Of a stretch of 64,000 nucleotides of DNA, positions 63,524-64,000 are shown piece by piece. The notes below the pieces were generated by a model that saw nothing but the letters and a program-made list of their open reading frames with translations, searched no databases and had not been told where the DNA came from. Numbering within the stretch: the first letter of the stretch is position 1; each line of letters starts with the position of its first letter. Location: the NCBI GenBank assembly GCA_022813865.1, contig JALDZX010000001.1, positions 124,001 to 188,000 on the forward strand, in the 5' to 3' direction. A program made the translations under genes and the position numbers. This DNA comes from Xylographa opegraphella (Eukaryota).

Positions 63524-64000
63524 CTACAAAGCATTCCAGCTCTCCTTGTAGGGGCCCGGTCCTTTACCAGCGCCCTTCACAGCCGCGTTGTTGATCTCCA
63601 CGTCGAACGTCCTTTGGATCTGGAGAACGTCCTGCGGGCCCGTGATGATTTTCTCCTCTCAGAGGACCACCGCGACACGACGGGAGGTTTTGATATGCCG
63701 GTCGATCGCGCGGATGCGGTCCCACGCGGCGAAAGCTTGGATTGAGCCGTATCCGAACAGACTGAGCTTGTGCGGGGGCTCGAAACTCTGCTACTGACCT
63801 TGATGGAGCTGGGATTTGTTGCTGCACGACGTGACGAGGGGGCGGGGGGTGGGGATCGTGCCGCAGATTATTCAGACGCATAGTTCCATCCTGCGGAGTT
63901 GTTTCAGTAGAACTTTGAGACTACGGATGTGGCATTGCGGGAGCATACGGTGCCAATAGACAGAGTTGAGCATTGAACCCTGATGATCGTGGATCAAAGT
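63524..64000 (-). pseudogene. Pth11-like (fungal rhodopsin-domain) receptor pseudogene, C-terminal part
   Basis: Reads MELCV*IICGTIPTPRPLV (the TM7 motif E..V.IIC..IPT.RPL) with an in-frame TGA, two further stops, and the tail IQRTFDVEI. Confidence 0.7.

Overview
Intron-containing genomic DNA of a filamentous ascomycete (Pezizomycotina; finer taxonomy cannot be fixed from this window). About 5-55 kb is a compact housekeeping block: a PHO87/90/91-type SPX phosphate transporter, LSM1, TRP2, RFC5, MRPL16, RFC1, an MFS sugar porter, ureG, a cyclin-like gene, a Rox1/Rfg1-like HMG-box factor, UTP5, BDF1, RVB1, HUL5 and PAB1. Two odd genes sit inside it: a 1196-aa Cys-free secreted polyprotein built from two kinds of repeat module separated by Kex2/Ste13-like sites (8.9-12.5 kb), and a kinase-fold gene lacking the catalytic Asp that resembles an Agaricomycete family (29.6-31.6 kb). 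Both ends are accessory. The left end has assembly gaps, AT-rich relic DNA and a repeat protein. The right end has an Sc15-like secreted protein, a dead P450 fragment divergent from an intact UbiA-type terpene cyclase with a TIR/TSD-bearing MITE between them, and a Pth11-like pseudogene. Regulatory oddities include an intron-controlled uORF/N-extension switch in the BDF1 leader, an AUG-less open frame upstream of the SPX transporter, MCB boxes at both RFC genes, many AAG splice acceptors, and a C-rich-5'/G-rich-3' polarity in GC-rich genes. Gene models were spliced by eye and family calls rest on recognised motifs, not database searches.
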